Source: Phycisphaerae bacterium (GTDB lineage: Bacteria > Planctomycetota > Phycisphaerae > UBA1845). Taken from it: a stretch of DNA of 64,000 bases. Location of the stretch: contig CAXXGO010000006.1 of NCBI GenBank assembly GCA_963666835.2, positions 192,001-256,000 of the forward strand. The letters run 5' to 3'. The position numbers and the translations under genes are program-made. The notes beneath the pieces were generated by a model. That model did not search any database, was not told where the DNA came from, and saw only the letters and a list, made by a program, of their open reading frames with translations. Positions 1 to 9,691 of the stretch are shown in pieces (position 1 is the first letter of the stretch; each line of letters begins with the position of its first letter).

Positions 1-110
1 CCGACCAAGCCCACCAACTGCCCGGCCGACATCTCGAACGACACATCGCGCACGGCCACCAGCGGCCCGAACTCGACTCGTACATCGTGAGCTGTCAGCA
101 ACACACCCAT
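1..110 (-). CDS. ABC transporter ATP-binding protein, N-terminus only (runs off window edge)
   Basis: Manual translation from ATG at 110: MGVLLTAHDVRVEFGPLVAVRDVSFEMSAGQLVGLVG, the typical ABC ATPase lead-in to Walker A. Not in the ORF track. Confidence 0.75.
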   Translation of the reverse strand, partial: MGVLLTAHDVRVEFGPLVAVRDVSFEMSAGQLVGLV

Positions 111-355
111 CAGGACCCGCTCCGGGATCTTTCGCCAATCCCTCGAACGCCACGCCCAGCAGAGAATCGAGCTCGATCCCCCTTGTCGAACCCGCCTTGC
201 TGATCCCCCCCAAAACGAACTGAAGCGAAGGTCTCCTACCTTATGACGTTCTCTTGTAGCCGATTGTTAACAAACACGTCAAACCGCGACCGGCGGGGGA
301 CGGATGAAGTATGTCGGATAACACCGGCGGCATAGATCGGGCAGCGATGGCGTGC

Positions 356-595
356 GTAGGGCACGGTCGAGGAACGAGACCTGCCGTTAGAACTCGCGCG
401 ATTCGCGCTTTGTTCTGGCTGGGTGCCCCATTCATTCCGGCGTTTGCCGACCTGGAACAGCCCTGTTGATTCGCCGCCGGAATGGGTGGGGGACGGACGT
501 GCGCGTAGGGCACGGTCGAGGAACGAGACCTGCCGTTGAAATTCGCGCGATGCGCGGCTTGTTCTGGCAGGTCTCGTTCCTCGACCATGCCCTAC
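356..595. repeat. Cluster of three GTAG-type REP elements (family 1: GTAGGGCAYGGTCGAGGNACGAGACCTGCC)
   Basis: Copies at 356-385(+), 505-534(+), 566-595(-). Further copies at 4087, 4479, 7159, 22141, 25060, 32445, 32566, 32811, 42319, 42517, 62590; partial at 53504 and 62068. Confidence 0.85.
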
Positions 596-746
596 ATGAA
601 GCTGCGATACGACGCCGGGCGAAGGTATGAGGTACCCGCACCCGCACCCGGCTTCTTCATTCGCCCGTCAGGGCGACGTTTGCCGGAAACGCCGGAAAAC
701 CCTACACTTGCCGGCGCTTACGAAGTGCTTTCAAAGGAGCCGTGCG

Positions 747-1106
747 ATGTCTGAGGAACCGAAACCTCCGCCCAGTGATCTCATCAGCTTCGATGATTTC
801 CTGAAGGTCAAACTGCGGATAGGGCGGGTGGTCGAAGCCGCCGAGCACCCCAACGCCGACAAGCTCCTGGTGCTGCAGGTCGACCTCGGCGACGAGAAAA
901 GACAGATCGTGGCCGGGCTGAAGGGGTACTACACGCCCGAGCAACTGGTCGGCAAGAACCTGGTTATCGTGACCAATCTCCCGCCGCGGATGATGCGGGG
1001 GCAGCCGAGCCAGGGCATGCTTCTGGCGGCCAGTAACGCCGATCATAGCCAGGTCGTGGCGCTCACGACGGAATCCGAGATCGAGCCTGGGTGCTCAGTC
1101 AGCTAG
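747..1106 (+). CDS. tRNA-binding OB-fold protein (stand-alone MetRS C-terminal domain / Trbp111-CsaA family)
   Basis: ISFDDFLKVKLRIGRVVEAAEHPNADKLLVLQVDLG...RQIVAG...SQGMLLAA. AAAGGAG RBS precedes ATG at 747. Confidence 0.9.
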   Translation: MSEEPKPPPSDLISFDDFLKVKLRIGRVVEAAEHPNADKLLVLQVDLGDEKRQIVAGLKGYYTPEQLVGKNLVIVTNLPPRMMRGQPSQGMLLAASNADHSQVVALTTESEIEPGCSVS

Positions 1107-1274
1107 GCCCCGTTTTCGGAGAGGTGGTCAGAGCTTTACCGCCTAACCGGGCGTGTTCAAGGGTAGACTGGAAGCTTGCACTGCAGGGTGGCCCGGCAGG
1201 AGCCGAACTTGGCGTGCATCCGGACGGCGGCCGCAACGGTATACGATTCGGGGCGATCTGGTCGATAAGCTGAT

Positions 1275-1658
1275 ATGGCAACAAGATTGACGAAATCGGT
1301 GCGGTGGGGGGCTATCCTCGGGATCCCGCTGTTGCTGCTGGCCGGGGGTTGCCAGGATCCGGCGTACAAGACCAAGCAGACCGCCCGCCAGGAGCGCATC
1401 GAGCATTTGTGCGAAGGGTGGACCATCCGCGAACAGCAGCGGCCCGACAAGATAGAATTCGTAACGCAGGCGGTTCGAAGAGAGGAAGTCCGCAGCGTTG
1501 AGCAGCTTGACGCGACCCTTCTGTTAGTCAAAGAGAGCCAGGCGCGAGACCGCACGGATTGGGTCGAGCAGACTCCGGAGCGGCAGGAGAAGATTCGGAC
1601 GATCTTCGCCGGAAAACCAGAGCGAATCCCCGAGACTTGGCGGAAGCTGACGTATTGA
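1275..1658 (+). CDS. Hypothetical lipoprotein
   Basis: Basic N-terminus, hydrophobic stretch and lipobox-like LAGGC. Stop overlaps the prmC start. Confidence 0.7.
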   Translation: MATRLTKSVRWGAILGIPLLLLAGGCQDPAYKTKQTARQERIEHLCEGWTIREQQRPDKIEFVTQAVRREEVRSVEQLDATLLLVKESQARDRTDWVEQTPERQEKIRTIFAGKPERIPETWRKLTY

Positions 1659-2557
1659 GCACTGCCCCCGACACGAGCGAATCCGGTTGGACGATCGGTC
1701 GTTTGCTGTCCTGGACCGCCGGCTACCTCGAGCAACGTGGCGTGGACGACGCCCGGCTGGCCAGCGAGGTGCTGCTCGCCCACGCAACGGACCGGCGCCG
1801 AATCGACCTCTATGCTCGCCCCGACGAACTTCCGGAACCGGAGCAGACCGATCGGTTCAGGGCTCTGGTGAAACGCGCCGCTACCCGGGAGCCAATCGCC
1901 TATCTGGTGGGCGAAAAGGAGTTCTTCTCGTTGCGGTTTGCCGTTTCTCCGGCGGTCTTGATTCCGCGACCGGAAACTGAGACTCTGGTCGAGAAGGTAA
2001 TCGACCATTGCACGGCGGCGGGGCTGGGAAGCCCCTTTTTGCTCGACGTCGGGACCGGCAGTGGCTGTCTGGCCATTACGGCTCTGACCCAGCTCGCCAA
2101 CGCCCGCGCGGTCGGTACCGACGTTTCCGAGGCGGCGCTGACCATCGCCTACGCCAACGCCGAGCGGCACGGTGTTGCCGACCGCTTTACGGCCATCAAG
2201 GCCGATCGGCTGGCTTTGCCGGATTCCCTGGACCGGGGCGACGGGTTCGATGTGCTGATGTCGAACCCGCCGTACGTGGAAGCGGGGCTGATGGCGGGGC
2301 TGGACCCCGAGGTGCGCGATTTCGAGCCGCACGAGGCCCTGACCGACGGCGGTGACGGCCTGTCGTTCTACCGCGCGATCGCCGCCGAAGCCGCCCCGTT
2401 GTTGGTTCCCGGCGGGATGGTGTTTGTGGAAGTGGGTGACGGGCAGGCCCCGGCCGTGCAGGAGGCGATGGACCAAAGCCCGGAGTTCTCGCACTGTAGC
2501 ACCTGGAAAGACCCCGTGGTGGGGCAGGAGCGGGTTTTGGTGTTCAAACGGCGCTGA
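1655..2557 (+). CDS. prmC: Peptide chain release factor N5-glutamine methyltransferase
   Basis: EPIAYLVG, VLIPRPETE, LDVGTGSGC and SNPPY motifs. TTG start at 1655 chosen for coupling to the upstream gene. Confidence 0.95.
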   Translation: MSTAPDTSESGWTIGRLLSWTAGYLEQRGVDDARLASEVLLAHATDRRRIDLYARPDELPEPEQTDRFRALVKRAATREPIAYLVGEKEFFSLRFAVSPAVLIPRPETETLVEKVIDHCTAAGLGSPFLLDVGTGSGCLAITALTQLANARAVGTDVSEAALTIAYANAERHGVADRFTAIKADRLALPDSLDRGDGFDVLMSNPPYVEAGLMAGLDPEVRDFEPHEALTDGGDGLSFYRAIAAEAAPLLVPGGMVFVEVGDGQAPAVQEAMDQSPEFSHCSTWKDPVVGQERVLVFKRR

Positions 2558-2597
2558 TTGATACGGCGGTATTCGATCGAAGGAAAGAGGGTGAACC

Positions 2598-3863
2598 GTG
2601 CAGTTTTTTGAGATCACCGGAGGCAGTCGGCTGAAGGGGGCGATCCCGATCAGCGGTGCCAAGAATGCGGCACTTCCGATCATGGCCGCCTCGATACTCG
2701 TGGATGGGGAGACCGTCCTGCACAACGTCCCCGATCTGGCGGACGTGCGCCAGCTTCAGACCCTGCTGGGGCGGCTGGGGGTAAAATCGCAGCGCGACGA
2801 AAGCGGGGCGATGCACCTGCGCGTCGACGACGAGATGAACACCCATGCCGAGTATGATCTGGTAAGTAAAATGCGCGCCAGTGTCTGCGTGATGGGTCCG
2901 CTGCTGGCTAAACGCAAACGCGCCCAGGTCTCTATGCCCGGAGGCTGTGCCATCGGGGATAGGCCGATCGACCTGCACGTGCAGGGTTTGCAGGCCCTAG
3001 GGGCGGATTTTGAATTCGTCAACGGCGACGTCCTGCTGCGGGCCAAGAAGCTCAAAGGGACCGACCTGTTTCTCGGCGGCCCGTTCGGGGCTTCGGTTAC
3101 CGCGACCGCCAACGTCATGATGGCCGCCACCCTGGCGAACGGCCGGACGGTGATCGAATCCGCCGCCTGCGAACCGGAAATCGTGGACTTAGGCGATTAT
3201 CTCAACGCCTGCGGAGCCCGAATCACCGGGCACGGGACCCCGCAGGTCGTTATCGAAGGCGTCACCTCGCTCACCGGCGCCGAGCATACCGTAATCCCCG
3301 ATCGGATCGAGGTCGGTACGTTCATGGTGGCGGCCGCGATAACCAACGGTGAACTGGATCTTACCGGAGCGAAGCTCGAACACGTTCGGGCGGTCGTGGA
3401 TCGGCTCCGCCACGTCGGGGTCATCGTTGAACGCCACGACAAAGGCCTCTGCGTGTCATCCTCGCGCCGGCTCGAGCCGGTCCAGATCACGACTCAGCCG
3501 TATCCCGGCTTCCCGACCGACCTGCAGGCCCAGGCGATGGCTTTGCTCTGTCTGGCCGACGGCAACAGCATGATTACCGAGAAGGTGTTCCCGGACCGTT
3601 TCCTCCACGTGGGCGAGCTGAGCCGGATGGGGGCCCAATTGCGCAAAGCGGGTCCTACTGTCATCGTGGCCGGTGTGAAACGCCTGGTGGGGGCGCAGGT
3701 TATGGCCTCCGACCTGCGAGCGTCCGCGGCCCTGATCCTCGCGGGACTAATCGCCAAGGGCACGACCTGTGTTCGCCGCATCTACCACATAGACCGGGGT
3801 TACGAACACATCGAAACGAAGCTGGCCGACGTAGGAGCCGCAATCCGCCGACTGGACGAATAG
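2598..3863 (+). CDS. murA: UDP-N-acetylglucosamine 1-carboxyvinyltransferase
   Basis: ISGAKNAALP, MRAS, PGGCAIGDRP (catalytic Cys), PYPGFPTDLQ, DLRASAAL, IDRGYE. Confidence 0.97.
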   Translation: MQFFEITGGSRLKGAIPISGAKNAALPIMAASILVDGETVLHNVPDLADVRQLQTLLGRLGVKSQRDESGAMHLRVDDEMNTHAEYDLVSKMRASVCVMGPLLAKRKRAQVSMPGGCAIGDRPIDLHVQGLQALGADFEFVNGDVLLRAKKLKGTDLFLGGPFGASVTATANVMMAATLANGRTVIESAACEPEIVDLGDYLNACGARITGHGTPQVVIEGVTSLTGAEHTVIPDRIEVGTFMVAAAITNGELDLTGAKLEHVRAVVDRLRHVGVIVERHDKGLCVSSSRRLEPVQITTQPYPGFPTDLQAQAMALLCLADGNSMITEKVFPDRFLHVGELSRMGAQLRKAGPTVIVAGVKRLVGAQVMASDLRASAALILAGLIAKGTTCVRRIYHIDRGYEHIETKLADVGAAIRRLDE

Positions 3864-3903
3864 GCGTCGTGCCGTGCGGGGACGTTCTTCTCGGACTCTC
3901 ACC

Positions 3904-4641
3904 AGTAGCTCGGGCTCTGCCCAATGGTACTAACCTTGTCAGGGCGCCATGAGGTAGTTCGTCCCGAAGGGACTGTGGGCGAGTAGCCACGGGTGGAGCG
4001 AAGCGGAACCCGTGGGTGAGATTCGCCCCCACATGCTCCCGTCCCGAAGGGCCGGCGGACGTTTACCGGGATCGCGCGAAGACCCCGTAGGGCATGGTCG
4101 AGGAACGAGACCTGCCATCAAAGCCGCAATGGGCCGAATCGCACGAGAACGTGCCACGTGCGTGGCTTGAGGAACCAGCCCGCCAGATCTGCCTGGCCCG
4201 CGGCGCGAGTCGCGGGCTCAAGTCGCACGTCGACCCCAGCCCCGCCAGGCACTTCGATACTCGAACAGGTCCCCGCGGTCGCCAACGTGTTCCCGTATGA
4301 TGCTGCATCACCGGCGTTCGATCGAAACCTCGATGTCCTCTACCGCCCACAAAGGGCTTGGCGCGAAGCGGCCGCACGGTTTCCCCAGGCTTACGCCGTG
4401 GGCCCACAGAATCTGTCGCCCCACGGGGCTGCCCGCTGGCGGCGTATGATGGGAAGGTGCGCGCTACGCGAAAGCAACGGCAGGTCTCGTGCCTCGACCG
4501 TGCCCTACCCCTGGCACCGCTGCTCCACGTACACCGAAGGCCTTACGTCTAACCCGCGGCTACATGCCCACAGTCCCTTCGGGACGGATTACCGCACGAC
4601 CACCTACCGAGGTTAGTACCATTGGGCTGAGCCCGACCTAC
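3904..4641. mobile_element. Nested composite REP/MITE-like element with terminal inverted repeats
   Basis: GTAGCTCGGGCTCTGCCCAATGGTACTAACC at the left end is inverted at about 4609-4641. Inner inverted REP pairs; homologous segments at 25010-25272 (inverted) and 62070-62420. Confidence 0.7.
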
Positions 4642-5034
4642 TCAGAATGGCCCCGGAACAGCAGGCTCTCTACGACCTGCTCCATTGGCCGGGGGTCCCG
4701 GTGTTCAAGTCAGGTCCCGCCCACGTGGCGCCGCGCCGGGGGCGTGTCGTGATGATGCCCGCCAACGGCTACATGTTGCGTAGAGTCAACACGCCTGCAG
4801 ATTCGGCCCGTATCGAGGCTCGCCCGTTCTGGGACGCAACTGCGTAACCTCCGTCCAATGCGAATGTTACGCAGGTTGCCGCCGGTTCTGTTCCCCGCCG
4901 CAGCTTTGGCATACCCGGTGTACCCCTTCCCCTGTGCAACCGTGGAGTGGCGGATTCGTGGCGCAAGCTCGCGGTCCGATCACGGTGGCCTTGGGGATTG
5001 AGACACTTGCTGGCTACGGAGGGGGAGAGGCCGT

Positions 5035-5295
5035 ATGAATGAAGAGACTTTCCAGCGGAAACTCGCTGAACTCATTGCTGAAATCGGGAGCTTGCCGGCT
5101 AATGAACGCGACAAGCTCGAACTACTCGCCGCCCAAACGCGCGAGCGGCATAAGCAGCTCAAGGAGACCGTAAGCAGTCTTCAGGAGAGCATCGACTTCG
5201 TCCGCCTGGCCATCAAGTATCTGCTGTTCGATCTGGAGGCGACGCGCCGAGAGAACACTCAGCTTCGCAAACTGCTCGACGACGGCGCCCAGTAA
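5035..5295 (+). CDS. Small coiled-coil protein of a type conserved in planctomycetes
   Basis: RBS GGGGAGAGG; leucine-zipper-like LRLAIKYLLFDLEATRREN-type motif (FVRLAIKYLLFDLEATRREN). Family recalled, not searched. Confidence 0.85.
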   Translation: MNEETFQRKLAELIAEIGSLPANERDKLELLAAQTRERHKQLKETVSSLQESIDFVRLAIKYLLFDLEATRRENTQLRKLLDDGAQ

Positions 5296-5403
5296 TAGCC
5301 GTTAACGATTCTGAATACGCCCCCTTGAAGCCCGCGGACGACCATGTTCGCGGGCTTGGCATATATTGGGGCGTCCATCTCTCCTTAAAATGACTTGTCT
5401 GTG

Positions 5404-6600
5404 TCACTGCCCCAGCGAAACGTGCCCTTCGCCGGCCGGGGGGGCCGCGTCCGCCGGCTGCTTTGTCTCCCGCAACTCGTCCCATGCGGATTTCAGCGCC
5501 GTCGATAAGTCCGCGGCGACCTGCGCCCCACGTAACTCCTCGCTCAACCGCTCTACCTCGTCCGCCAGCTCGTCCCGCTGCCGCTCCAACTCGGCCCGCT
5601 CGAGCACCACGGCCACGATTTTGTCCGCCATCACCTCCGCCCGGTTCTCCAAGCGCCGTACGGATTCGCGTTCGTGAGCCAGAGAGTCCTGCAAAACACC
5701 CGTTTCACCGTCATGCCGGGCCTGCAACGCGGCCAACTGCCGATCGTACTCGGCCTGAACCGCCTCCAACTGCCGGTGATAACGCTGCTCGACGACCGCC
5801 AATTCGGCTTGGGCCTTCTCCTCATGATCCCCGCCGCCGCGCATAGCCGCCCGCGCGATTCCCCAGGCAGTCTTCAACGACTCGGTAATCCGGGCGGCGT
5901 GCGTTGTTCGGCGCAGTTTGGCCGCGAGACTCTCGACTTCCGCGGACAGGTAGTCGCGCTCGGCCATCACCCCGGCCATTGCCACCGAACGCTCGGATAG
6001 CTCCCGAGCCAGGTCCATCTCCCGCTGCTCCTGCTCGCTCAGCCGCTCTCGCTCGTGCTCCAACACCCCCTGCAGAGCCGCCGACTCGCCATCGAATCGC
6101 GATTTGACCGAGTTCATCTCCCCGATGTGGCGGACCTCGGCGCTGAGCAAGGCTGCTTCCACCTCCGTCTTCTCTTTAGTCATCTTGCGGGCAGCCTCCG
6201 CCTTCGTCGTGTGATGAAGGCATACCCCGGCGCCGCCCGCGATAATGAGCATGAACGCGACCGCCCAACCGGCGCGCGCCGAGCGTCGAGCTTGGGCCGC
6301 GTCATCTTCCAAACAGATGCGGGCAGCGGACAGGGCTGACACGGTGTCCGAGAACGTCGTTTGAATGGCTGCCAGGGTGTCCGTGTCGTGTTTCTTCTGA
6401 ATGGCTGCGGCCGCACCCACCTCGGCCAGATGTCGGCCAACCTGGGTCACCGTAGCCACAGCCTTGTCCGTGTCCACATCGACGAGGATATTGCGTCCGT
6501 CTCGCCGCGTTCGGAGCAGACCACCCCGTATTCTGCGGCGAATGGTGCGTATTGAACAACCGAGCGCGGCCGCGGCTTCCGTCTGAGTCATCCATGACAT
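5404..6600 (-). CDS. Helix-turn-helix + transmembrane + long coiled-coil protein
   Basis: N-terminal MTQTEAAAALGCSIRTIRRRIRGG (excisionase/MerR-like HTH), TM segment GWAVAFMLIIAGGAGVCL, then heptad-rich C-terminus. AGGAGG RBS before ATG at 6600. Confidence 0.8.
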   Translation of the reverse strand: MSWMTQTEAAAALGCSIRTIRRRIRGGLLRTRRDGRNILVDVDTDKAVATVTQVGRHLAEVGAAAAIQKKHDTDTLAAIQTTFSDTVSALSAARICLEDDAAQARRSARAGWAVAFMLIIAGGAGVCLHHTTKAEAARKMTKEKTEVEAALLSAEVRHIGEMNSVKSRFDGESAALQGVLEHERERLSEQEQREMDLARELSERSVAMAGVMAERDYLSAEVESLAAKLRRTTHAARITESLKTAWGIARAAMRGGGDHEEKAQAELAVVEQRYHRQLEAVQAEYDRQLAALQARHDGETGVLQDSLAHERESVRRLENRAEVMADKIVAVVLERAELERQRDELADEVERLSEELRGAQVAADLSTALKSAWDELRETKQPADAAPPAGEGHVSLGQ

Positions 6601-6993
6601 GGGCAGATCCTCCTGGCGTCCGCAGGTCAACAGCGGACACAACGCCGGAGCCGACCGCAGGCGGACACCGGCCAACTTGTCGGCCAAACCCGTGCCGACA
6701 CGTCCGATATCCTAACCGGACACCCGCCGGTTGCCAACATGTTTCTGCGCCGTTCGAAGACTGGCCACGTGCGGCGACGCCACTGCTCAAAACGCCCGGG
6801 TACACCGAGCGCGAACAGCTAGGGTCCGCTCCGCGGACCACATTCTTGGAGACACGGGCGAACGCGAGGTCCGCCCGTTTGATACGGCCCGGCCTGCGGG
6901 ACGGGTGCGGCAGTCAAACGTGTATGATCCGCGTAGCGCAATAGGGCCAACCTTGCCCGGCGGTCATGCGGTGAACCGTTCCGACGTGGGCAT

Positions 6994-7188
6994 GTAGCCA
7001 CGAGTGGAGCGAAGCCGGACTCGTGGGGACGATCGACTCTCCCATAGATGCCGCCCCGAAGGGCCGGAGGAGAGCAGCTTTTGGGGAAGGCTGGAAGCCT
7101 ACGTTGCGAAGTGTCTCGAAGGGCCGGCGGGCCGTTACCGGGATCTTGCGACGGCTACGGCAGGTCTCGTGCCTCGACACTGCCCTAC
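6994..7188. repeat. REP family 2 copy plus inverted family 1 copy
   Basis: GTAGCCACGAGTGGAGCGAAGCCGGACTCGTGG at 6994, CCCGAAGGG mini-hairpins, family 1 at 7159-7188(-). Confidence 0.75.
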
Positions 7189-7310
7189 GGGGGATCCGCT
7201 CCGCGGACCACATTTGCCTAAGGATCGGCGGCGCTTGATGGACAACCGGATGAAGACGGTTGCCCGCAGGGGCGGCTTTGGCGACACCCCAAACACCAGC
7301 CCCAGACGGC

Positions 7311-7693
7311 TGTCCGGTATGTCCGCGCGTGTCCTTTTGATGTCCGGACAGGACGATTCGCTGCTGTCCGGACAGGCGCTGTTGGTAGTGTCCGGACGGA
7401 GAAACGGCTCCTTTGCGCGGCGAATTGTCCCAACGGCGTCCGGGTGGAATCTAGCGTCGACGGTATCGGCATCGCGGCCGTACGCCGACCATGCTGACCG
7501 CCAAGTCCGGTGTCTGTAACATCCCGCCGCTGTGTAGATTATCACTATGTCGTGGTCGTTGGGAGCATTACAGATAGGACAGTTGCCGGCGGGGCTGAGG
7601 GTATCGGAGCACGTGAATGTGTGTCCGGTATGGCTGCTGATATGTCCGGCGGACACGACCATGACGGAATTATATTGCAGGGACGCCGTGTCC
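7311..7693. repeat. Array of TGTCC/GGACA motifs, including perfect palindromes TGTCCGGACA
   Basis: About 14 occurrences in 380 bp; palindromes at 7341 and 7365. Confidence 0.75.
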
Positions 7694-7864
7694 GGTTCAA
7701 CCGGCTGCGGCTTTCGGACTGAGGACGGCCCGTCCTAGCGAACGCGGGGGCTTGCTTCGGCCTGCGACGGCGACGGGGCGGCTGACCATTGTGGTTCAAC
7801 CGCCCCATTTCGCCATTCTGGTGGTTGTGGGGTCAGGCAGGCCCTTTCCCGCGGATTCGGTTGT

Positions 7865-8788
7865 TTACGACGCGTCTGTGAACTCCACGCGTACCGCGTA
7901 CTGCCAATAGCCGTACGTCACCCGGTAGCGTGCCCGAACGCCGTAAAGGTACTTCTCGCGGCGGAAGCCCTCTTCGCTGTCGGCGGTCAGTGAGGTGAAC
8001 TCGATCGGCTCTCGATCCTGGAAGATGAACGGCCGAACGACACCGTCGGTCTTGAGCAGATACCACTTGGCCGGGTCACTCAGCCAGGGCAGGGCGATCA
8101 CACGTGCCGCGCCTGCCATGACGTTCGATGTATCCCCGATCAGGGTCGCGTTCAGCGTCTCGAGGGCGGTGAAGTACATCGTCGTCGGCACCACACACAC
8201 CAAACCCGACGCTGAAATCGACATCGCCTCGCCGCGGTCGTCCTTGAGGCCCATCATCTTCGAAATCGCCGTTTTCAGGGCCGCCTTGAACTCCTCAACT
8301 GTCGGATCGGTCGGATCGGCCACCGCGAGTCCGATCCGATTACTCTGCACGCCCGACTCGCCGGACTCGTGGGCGTCGCTGAGGAAACTCACTCCGTCGT
8401 AGCTGTTGAAACCGGCGGTTTCACCGTTGATAAGCAGCGCGGCCGCGAGGTAGTCCTTATGCGAAGCGGCCCGCTCGGCCAATTCCCCGATTCGGATACG
8501 GATCTGCCCGGTCTTGTCGTCGGCGATCTCATCGCGGTCGACCTCGATCGTGGCTTCGTACTTGAGGTTCTCCACCGAGTAGGCCTCGCTTCGCATCCCG
8601 CGGGCCAACCGGCCCGAGCCCCATTCCCGCATGCCGGGCACGGATCCCAACCAGCGGTAGTTCTCACTGTCCGAATTAGACGGAATCCTCGTGGCCAGCT
8701 CCTGATAGTGGGTCGGGGCTTTTCCGAAACGGGCGAAGAACTCGCTGCGGAGCCCCTTGGTAAGCAATCCGGTATTGATAACGGCCAC
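7865..8788 (-). CDS. Mu-like major capsid protein (gpT family)
   Basis: YRWLGSVPGMREW, YEATIEVDRDEIADD, YDGVSF, WYLL, PFIFQDR, YGVRARY...GYWQ. GAAAGGAGG RBS before GTG at 8788. Confidence 0.9.
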   Translation of the reverse strand: MAVINTGLLTKGLRSEFFARFGKAPTHYQELATRIPSNSDSENYRWLGSVPGMREWGSGRLARGMRSEAYSVENLKYEATIEVDRDEIADDKTGQIRIRIGELAERAASHKDYLAAALLINGETAGFNSYDGVSFLSDAHESGESGVQSNRIGLAVADPTDPTVEEFKAALKTAISKMMGLKDDRGEAMSISASGLVCVVPTTMYFTALETLNATLIGDTSNVMAGAARVIALPWLSDPAKWYLLKTDGVVRPFIFQDREPIEFTSLTADSEEGFRREKYLYGVRARYRVTYGYWQYAVRVEFTDAS

Positions 8789-8892
8789 AATGGCCCTCCT
8801 TTCATTCTGTGATTCAACATGTCCCCTGTGCCGGGCTGGAATGAACTTGCCGAAAGGCGGTGCCGGCACCAGTCCGGCTGGCCAACGCACTC

Positions 8893-9657
8893 TCAGACGA
8901 TGTCGACCTGCACGAGGAACGGACCGGGATCGGCGGTCGCCCCGTTAGTTACGGTCAAGGTCAGAATGTCTCCGCTCGCCGCATGCACGCAGGCCAGCGG
9001 ACCGAGTTCGGAAGCCTCGTTGATTGCCGGGAAGACATTGCTCGAATCGAAGGTCTCCGTGACTATCGTGCCGGCGTTTATTGCCAACGTGACCACGCAG
9101 GTACTGCCGCTGCTTATCCCGGTCGCCGTGGTGTCCTGATTGACCGCTCGGGCCGCCACGATCCAGCCCTCGGCGGAGAAAGCGTGAATTGCTCGAGTGG
9201 GCAAGTCGGTTCCCGCGGCGAGATCATCAACCACAAAGGTGATGGTGCGCACGTGCCGGCGATCGGGATCCAGCCGGAGGATGACCTCACCCGCGCTCGA
9301 TACGTCCTGAGCAAGACCCACGAAGCTGTTGCCGGTTGCGTCGAAGGTCAACGTCTCGTCGTCAGAGGCGAAGACCGGACGGCCGGTGTCGGCGGCGGTG
9401 GCTCCGGCCAGGGGATGGCCGAAATCGCCGAGCGTATAGACTCGAACGGTGGTTGCGGCGTCGCCGCCCGCCGTGTTGTCGGCTTCATCATAGGCAAGCC
9501 CGACGAACTTGTCTCCGGCAAGCAAAGGCCGGGCGTATCCGGTCTCGGCGAGCCCGACGAAGGCGCCCTTGTAAATGTGCGCCGCTCCCGCTACCCGAAG
9601 CGTGCGTATTTCCTGATCGATATAATGGTCCACATCCCGGTTTTCAGTGAGTGCCAT
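8893..9657 (-). CDS. Putative capsid cement/decoration protein (DUF2190-like) with extra C-terminal beta-rich domain
   Basis: IYKGAFVG...GYARP...FVG...ADNT...VRV...G...VFASDDETLT pattern; lies between protease and major capsid as in Mu-like heads. GAAAGG RBS. Confidence 0.7.
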   Translation of the reverse strand: MALTENRDVDHYIDQEIRTLRVAGAAHIYKGAFVGLAETGYARPLLAGDKFVGLAYDEADNTAGGDAATTVRVYTLGDFGHPLAGATAADTGRPVFASDDETLTFDATGNSFVGLAQDVSSAGEVILRLDPDRRHVRTITFVVDDLAAGTDLPTRAIHAFSAEGWIVAARAVNQDTTATGISSGSTCVVTLAINAGTIVTETFDSSNVFPAINEASELGPLACVHAASGDILTLTVTNGATADPGPFLVQVDIV

Positions 9658-9691
9658 GATGATGCCGTCCTTTCCGGTTGGTTGATTCGAA

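Noticed and set aside
1157..2725. 522-aa minus-strand ORF (likewise 15519-16736, 28460-29542, 39793-40824, 42594-43625, 44885-45931)
   Set aside because: Each lies antisense to a well-supported gene and has no recognisable motifs.
7135..7662. ORF with Cys/His-rich start over the motif array
   Set aside because: No RBS or family resemblance, and it runs into REP elements; better read as non-coding, though a short peptide is not excluded.
7775..7806. Intrinsic terminator after the capsid gene
   Set aside because: A GC hairpin is present but there is no U-tract on the coding strand, so it was not called.
7865..8788. Encapsulin nanocompartment
   Set aside because: Motifs are Mu gpT-like and the gene is accompanied by portal, protease and terminase, which encapsulins lack.
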